NCBI GenBank assembly: GCA_963722075.1
Contig: CAVRJM010000001.1
Span: forward strand, 992,001 to 1,056,000
DNA: 64,000 nt
Source of the DNA: Candidatus Babeliales bacterium
Lineage (GTDB): Bacteria > Babelota > Babeliae > Babelales > JANWKD01
Direction of reading: 5' to 3'
Translations under genes and position numbers: made by a program
Part shown: one piece after another, positions 61,001-64,000 of the stretch
Layout of the letters: each line of letters opens with the position of its first letter
Numbering within the stretch: the first letter of the stretch is position 1
The notes under the pieces: model-generated
What the model saw: the letters and a program-made list of their open reading frames with translations, nothing else
Databases searched by the model: none
What the model was told of the DNA's origin: nothing

Positions 61001-62328
61001 TCGCTAAAACAATTTATGAAACCGTTACCCACCCAGGAGAATATATTCAACAACGCGTCGATAATGCATTAGATCTGCTCAAAGAAGTTGCTCGATTTGC
61101 ATATCACGTAACTCAAGCTGCCGAAATGGGAGAATTTGAACAATTTGGCAACTTCGGTACTGAGCGAGAAGCAAAATTAATTGAAGAACAAGAGATATAT
61201 GGCCGTTGGTTAGCAGAACGTATTGAGGGAACAATTAGTTCATTAGCAACCATGCCTCTCAAAGAACGCGAAGAAGTTTTTGCACATTTGATAGCTGATG
61301 GTGGAGTTGATTACTTAGCAGGTTCAGCATTAGTAAGCGCAGCAAAAGTTGGTAAAAAAATTATCAACCCAAGAACTCCTGCGCCAAGAGCACCTCATTT
61401 TCACGCCAGTAGTTCTCATACCATTGTTGAAGTTGATGAGGCAACTGGGCTGACCAGAATTGTTTCACCAGAAGAATCTGTAATTAATAAAGTTGCTCAA
61501 GAATCAGGACAGGTATTTAATCAGCAAGTATCGCCACAAGAGCCGACGTGCATGGGCTCCAATGGAATGCCATTGTTGGAAGAATTACAACCAAGTAGTA
61601 GTAAGCCGCAAGGAAAACAAAATGTTAATAAAGCACCTTGTGCTAAAAAGCCAAGCTCAGTTATTTTAAATGAATTTTTAGATCAGCAGGCCCTCTTAGA
61701 AACAAAATACGGAGCGCCGGTTGTTAAAGAAGTAATTGATTATTTAAACCTTGATGATCAAAAAATAACGACACTTACGAATAAAAATGTGGCTGCCAAT
61801 TCAAATAAGCCATTAATTCAGCATGTTGAATGTGTTGTAAAAGATGTTATAGATTTAAATAGTGAACCGCGTATGGGACCATGGAGATTTGATCCCTCAA
61901 AAGGGAATAAATGCGATTTGACTTCAATTGAAGAAGCGTTAGCTGCTCGCAAATGCGAAGAAAATGGATTTTTAAGAATACAATGCCGAGATCCTAGAAA
62001 AAATGCTGGCGATTTTATAGATATAAATGGGCAATCATGGGATGTAAAATCACCAAGATCCTATGCAGTACTTACTGACGAATATATACTTAATGATAAA
62101 ATGTTAAATAAATTTGTGAAGGGTATTGACAAGGAATTAGCTAAACCGACTAATGAAAATATTATTTTGAATGTTTCTTATTTAACACAACAAGATGCAA
62201 GTCGATTATTTAATGCTATTAAAGAAGAAATTCCAAATCATGATTTACAAAGAATAATTTTAATTAATAGATTTAATGAACAATATAATTCTTCTGATTT
62301 TGGTAAATTTTTAAATGAATATAAATGA
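58057..62328 (+). CDS. Large secreted polymorphic-toxin-like protein with a C-terminal PD-(D/E)XK-like nuclease domain
   Basis: RBS gaggtt, signal peptide ending ASG-MED, long coiled/low-complexity stalk, C-terminal GDFIDINGQSWDVKSP...NIILNV. Confidence 0.7.
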   Translation: MVKCFYFCFSLLFMGVFAASGMEDPQKDDASPFTAKKFIITHKSTVGAEYGTEVHNEALENDIKKELQSLPFEVEPLKGSLFLMEYESGDKTLGVVHDLTAQKIFISYIEQKDPHNIKNLRVVVERERELEREAGSDEYLPGKFKSRTSVFYDIASPYYKEPVEKSDNPVSKHVWYNPFTWGRSDRETPNENIRKFQENSRSKFEQQKMQNKQTGDRIDYKFASKEDQKMFENTVQSIMDHYHNPEGQQAIKKYCDQYNSTTYQLARQEAEKRMSQAFTSTMKIPFNASQKEEPKKEPMIPIYNDRQEIIGSMPASQIDAVLADQPGTHNAEENQNTENAQPDEKAEQFFEEKIKEHEKENKENKEKQEEEQSSKEKDNKEKEDKKSTSEKPKRDIQTEFETVKRHSSYKSKMLNEIKNSTLGRNSAIPQELTQHHQRNNYNAQIQEIRQTAATSPQQQQKDQFVQSINPSYAPSYPQKQHNSSQPPINQHALDRGYQLQATGFKSKVVEQYEAQQQQSQPQPYMPWYHDDDEDDEDDKEDDACYQRVAYHNYMIYKQEQKQQKRHAQINELSNNLHDPLLTDIDHQKIFNELQEIKELQRGRRKWNHNQPITIAELDDDLLSYLGSTIDVCIIKQRQNKTLENLQEEAKKREERKYKQEQERIQKEKLLEEHHALQNKVHSLKNTRENRNKISNPTYVSLYKTITGLHDNATSKSATLPVLTSDNTIEQIKEKNKELEHSITSLENQSKESQKQYNKLQRQIKESKNQYISIRSTLDIADSRKENWTAVQAGLRYQRRLQQLRAQPITLPPSNRAHKKSTNSASSKKEESLQSDDDQQSVKKHEVPSSAQPTSLEDCDTIIQNDQNIAYLLDHISATDMIVTSQGQDFLERSGIDVQKCMEFNGNEQQNALNDKLLNFANYIGNKIATDESELAQKVRRIGTNVLHVVNCCKEQNLIEAGSALLQLSTDLIRFSTIPEETIAKTIYETVTHPGEYIQQRVDNALDLLKEVARFAYHVTQAAEMGEFEQFGNFGTEREAKLIEEQEIYGRWLAERIEGTISSLATMPLKEREEVFAHLIADGGVDYLAGSALVSAAKVGKKIINPRTPAPRAPHFHASSSHTIVEVDEATGLTRIVSPEESVINKVAQESGQVFNQQVSPQEPTCMGSNGMPLLEELQPSSSKPQGKQNVNKAPCAKKPSSVILNEFLDQQALLETKYGAPVVKEVIDYLNLDDQKITTLTNKNVAANSNKPLIQHVECVVKDVIDLNSEPRMGPWRFDPSKGNKCDLTSIEEALAARKCEENGFLRIQCRDPRKNAGDFIDINGQSWDVKSPRSYAVLTDEYILNDKMLNKFVKGIDKELAKPTNENIILNVSYLTQQDASRLFNAIKEEIPNHDLQRIILINRFNEQYNSSDFGKFLNEYK

Positions 62329-62684
62329 GAAATAAGATGGGAACAATGATTTTTTTAAAAGATAACATTATTTTAGATACCTCAGGAGGAGTTATTTCAG
62401 GTTTATGTTTTTCTGTGGAAAAAATTATATATGAACAAAAATTAAAAGTTAGTAAAGATTTAACAGAACTGATCGATTATTGGTCCATTTCCTATGGTTT
62501 TATGCCATTTGATATAGCAGATTTTATATATACAAAGGAAGATTTATTTGCTTTTACAGATCTTATGAGGAAAGGAATCGATCGTTTTTATCAAGAAAAC
62601 CCCGGCCTCCCACAATATACTATTGATAATTTAGAAAATTTTTACAAAGCATTAGTTGAAGCACAGAAAACATTTCCACAGTAA
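62325..62684 (+). CDS. Putative immunity protein
   Basis: Small acidic ORF overlapping the toxin stop (ATGA), no signal peptide. Confidence 0.6.
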   Translation: MRNKMGTMIFLKDNIILDTSGGVISGLCFSVEKIIYEQKLKVSKDLTELIDYWSISYGFMPFDIADFIYTKEDLFAFTDLMRKGIDRFYQENPGLPQYTIDNLENFYKALVEAQKTFPQ

Positions 62685-62702
62685 AAATATTTTCTTCGTC
62701 CT

Positions 62703-63401
62703 TTAAGACATTTTACTAATATTCGGAATCATTTTTCGAAAAAATGGGTTGCTAACACCGTTTACCAAATCGGTACCCAGCCAAGCAAGTATATTCAACA
62801 GCGGGCCGAAAGTATTGTAGGTACGCTTAAAGAAGTTGCTGGCTTTGCATATTATATAGCGCAATCTGCCGAAGTTGGTGATTATGAGCAATTTGGGAAC
62901 TTTGATCTTTCTTCTCTTACTATTTCTTCCGTAATTACTTCAATAGACGAAGCTCATCAAGCATTTAATAGTTTTACAAAAGGAGCATTTGTTAAAGATT
63001 TTGTAAAATCACTAAAAACGGGAAGGGGAAGTATCGCGTATACCCATGAAGATGTTACGCGTATTATACATGACATGATTAAGTATCGTGGCATGATTGA
63101 AGGAGGAATTGTTTTAAGGGAGGTAGTAGAATTAATCCCTCATTCTGAAGTTAGGTTTTTTGCAATACACAACAACCTTTTCAGTCCTGTTTCTTCCCCT
63201 CAAAAATATGCTCTAGCTTATGAGGTTATGCAAAAATTACAGCACAAAAATCTTATTTTTTATTCTATTGATATAGCAACTACCAGTGAAGGTAGGGAGC
63301 TTGTTATAGAAATTGGTGATGGGCAAGTTTCTGATTATGTTGGATGGCACCTTAATGATTTTATTCCAGTTCTTTGTCAGCTGGCACAATTATGTTTATA
63401 A
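62703..63401 (+). pseudogene. Start-less orphan module: pre-toxin homology segment fused in frame to a truncated R2K/DUF4343-like ATP-grasp
   Basis: YIQQRA..LKEVAGFAY..Q.AE.G..EQFGNF matches toxin 60967-61155; continues to FVKDFVKS..EVRFF..IDIA..IEIGDGQVSD. Confidence 0.7.
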
Positions 63402-63408
63402 ATAAAAA

Positions 63409-63437
63409 AGGAGCCACAGAATTATTGTATGGCTCCT
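63409..63437. terminator. Hairpin between converging genes
   Basis: ggagccacag..tgtatggctcc. Confidence 0.55.
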
Positions 63438-63452
63438 AATTAATTCTAAATT

Positions 63453-63908
63453 TTAAGCAGGGCTGGCGGCTGTTCTTTGTGCTAGAGCTTGTTGTGTTCC
63501 GCAATAGGCAGCAGCACCAATAGTATAGGCAACAATTGCTTGAAGCATTCGTACCCCAATGCCAATTGCAGCACCATTACTAAAGGTTTCAAATTTCTCT
63601 TTAGCTGCCATTGGAATATCAAATAAATCAAGGCCTAAGGTAAGCCCATAGGTCCATGGCAACCAATAGCCATTCCATAATCCAAACCAAAATGCACCGC
63701 TCTTATACCATGGCTTTGCGATCGAATCTTTATACATACGATTAGATTCAGCAGCTGGTTGATCTTGCTCAGCAGGTGGAATCGATTCATTTCTTGTTCT
63801 TACTTCAATTACATACTCTTCCATAATCATTTCGCTTTGTAATGGTTGAAAGGTATTAATAAGTAAGCTTAATACCAATGCCGGTATCACTCTTTTTATA
63901 TTTTTCAT
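63453..63908 (-). CDS. Secreted/membrane hypothetical protein
   Basis: RBS ggaagggg before the ATG at 63908; signal peptide and hydrophobic C-terminal half. Confidence 0.7.
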   Translation of the reverse strand: MKNIKRVIPALVLSLLINTFQPLQSEMIMEEYVIEVRTRNESIPPAEQDQPAAESNRMYKDSIAKPWYKSGAFWFGLWNGYWLPWTYGLTLGLDLFDIPMAAKEKFETFSNGAAIGIGVRMLQAIVAYTIGAAAYCGTQQALAQRTAASPA

Positions 63909-64000
63909 GGTAACCCCTTCCTCAGGTATTGTTAAACAACTTTTAATTACTATAAGTCTTACTATAAAAAAAGCGCAACAATAAAGCAAAAACAGATCTT

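Noticed and set aside
62682..62684. Programmed readthrough from the immunity gene into the orphan frame
   Set aside because: Same frame has a one-in-three chance; TAA is a poor readthrough codon and no stimulatory structure was seen
62703..62891. 62-aa minus-strand ORF
   Set aside because: Antisense to the plus-strand orphan toxin homology segment

Overview
AT-rich bacterial chromosome segment. The gene content resembles a reduced intracellular parasite of protists, most likely Candidatus Dependentiae/Babelota (TM6); this is inferred from many short signal-peptide proteins, ankyrin proteins and an expanded Cys-rich beta-barrel-like family, not from a search. Core genes: a glycosylation locus (STELLO-like GT halves, two GtrB-like GT2, gmd, galE), tamB, a T2SS pseudopilin and ATPase, bamD, yraN, cdsA, hisS, secA, pgeF, a fragmented dcw cluster (ftsQ-A, ftsZ, ftsL-I), groES-groEL and a class I aldolase. 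Accessory content: a decayed IS630 sitting in a deleted outer-membrane paralog, an AbrB/Doc TA module between direct repeats, a ParA/RHH pair, and many candidate secreted effectors. Most notable: (i) a ~90-nt structured RNA with compensatory changes, duplicated in front of tandem secreted paralogs; (ii) a signal-peptide polymorphic toxin with an immunity gene and an orphan module; (iii) a CGTC/GTCA-type palindromic repeat family that forms ~300-bp composite elements and has inserted in frame into ftsI and the aldolase gene; (iv) a long-range 5'UTR-3'UTR stem enclosing a whole small gene. No rRNA, tRNA or CRISPR array was recognised. All alignments were done by eye.
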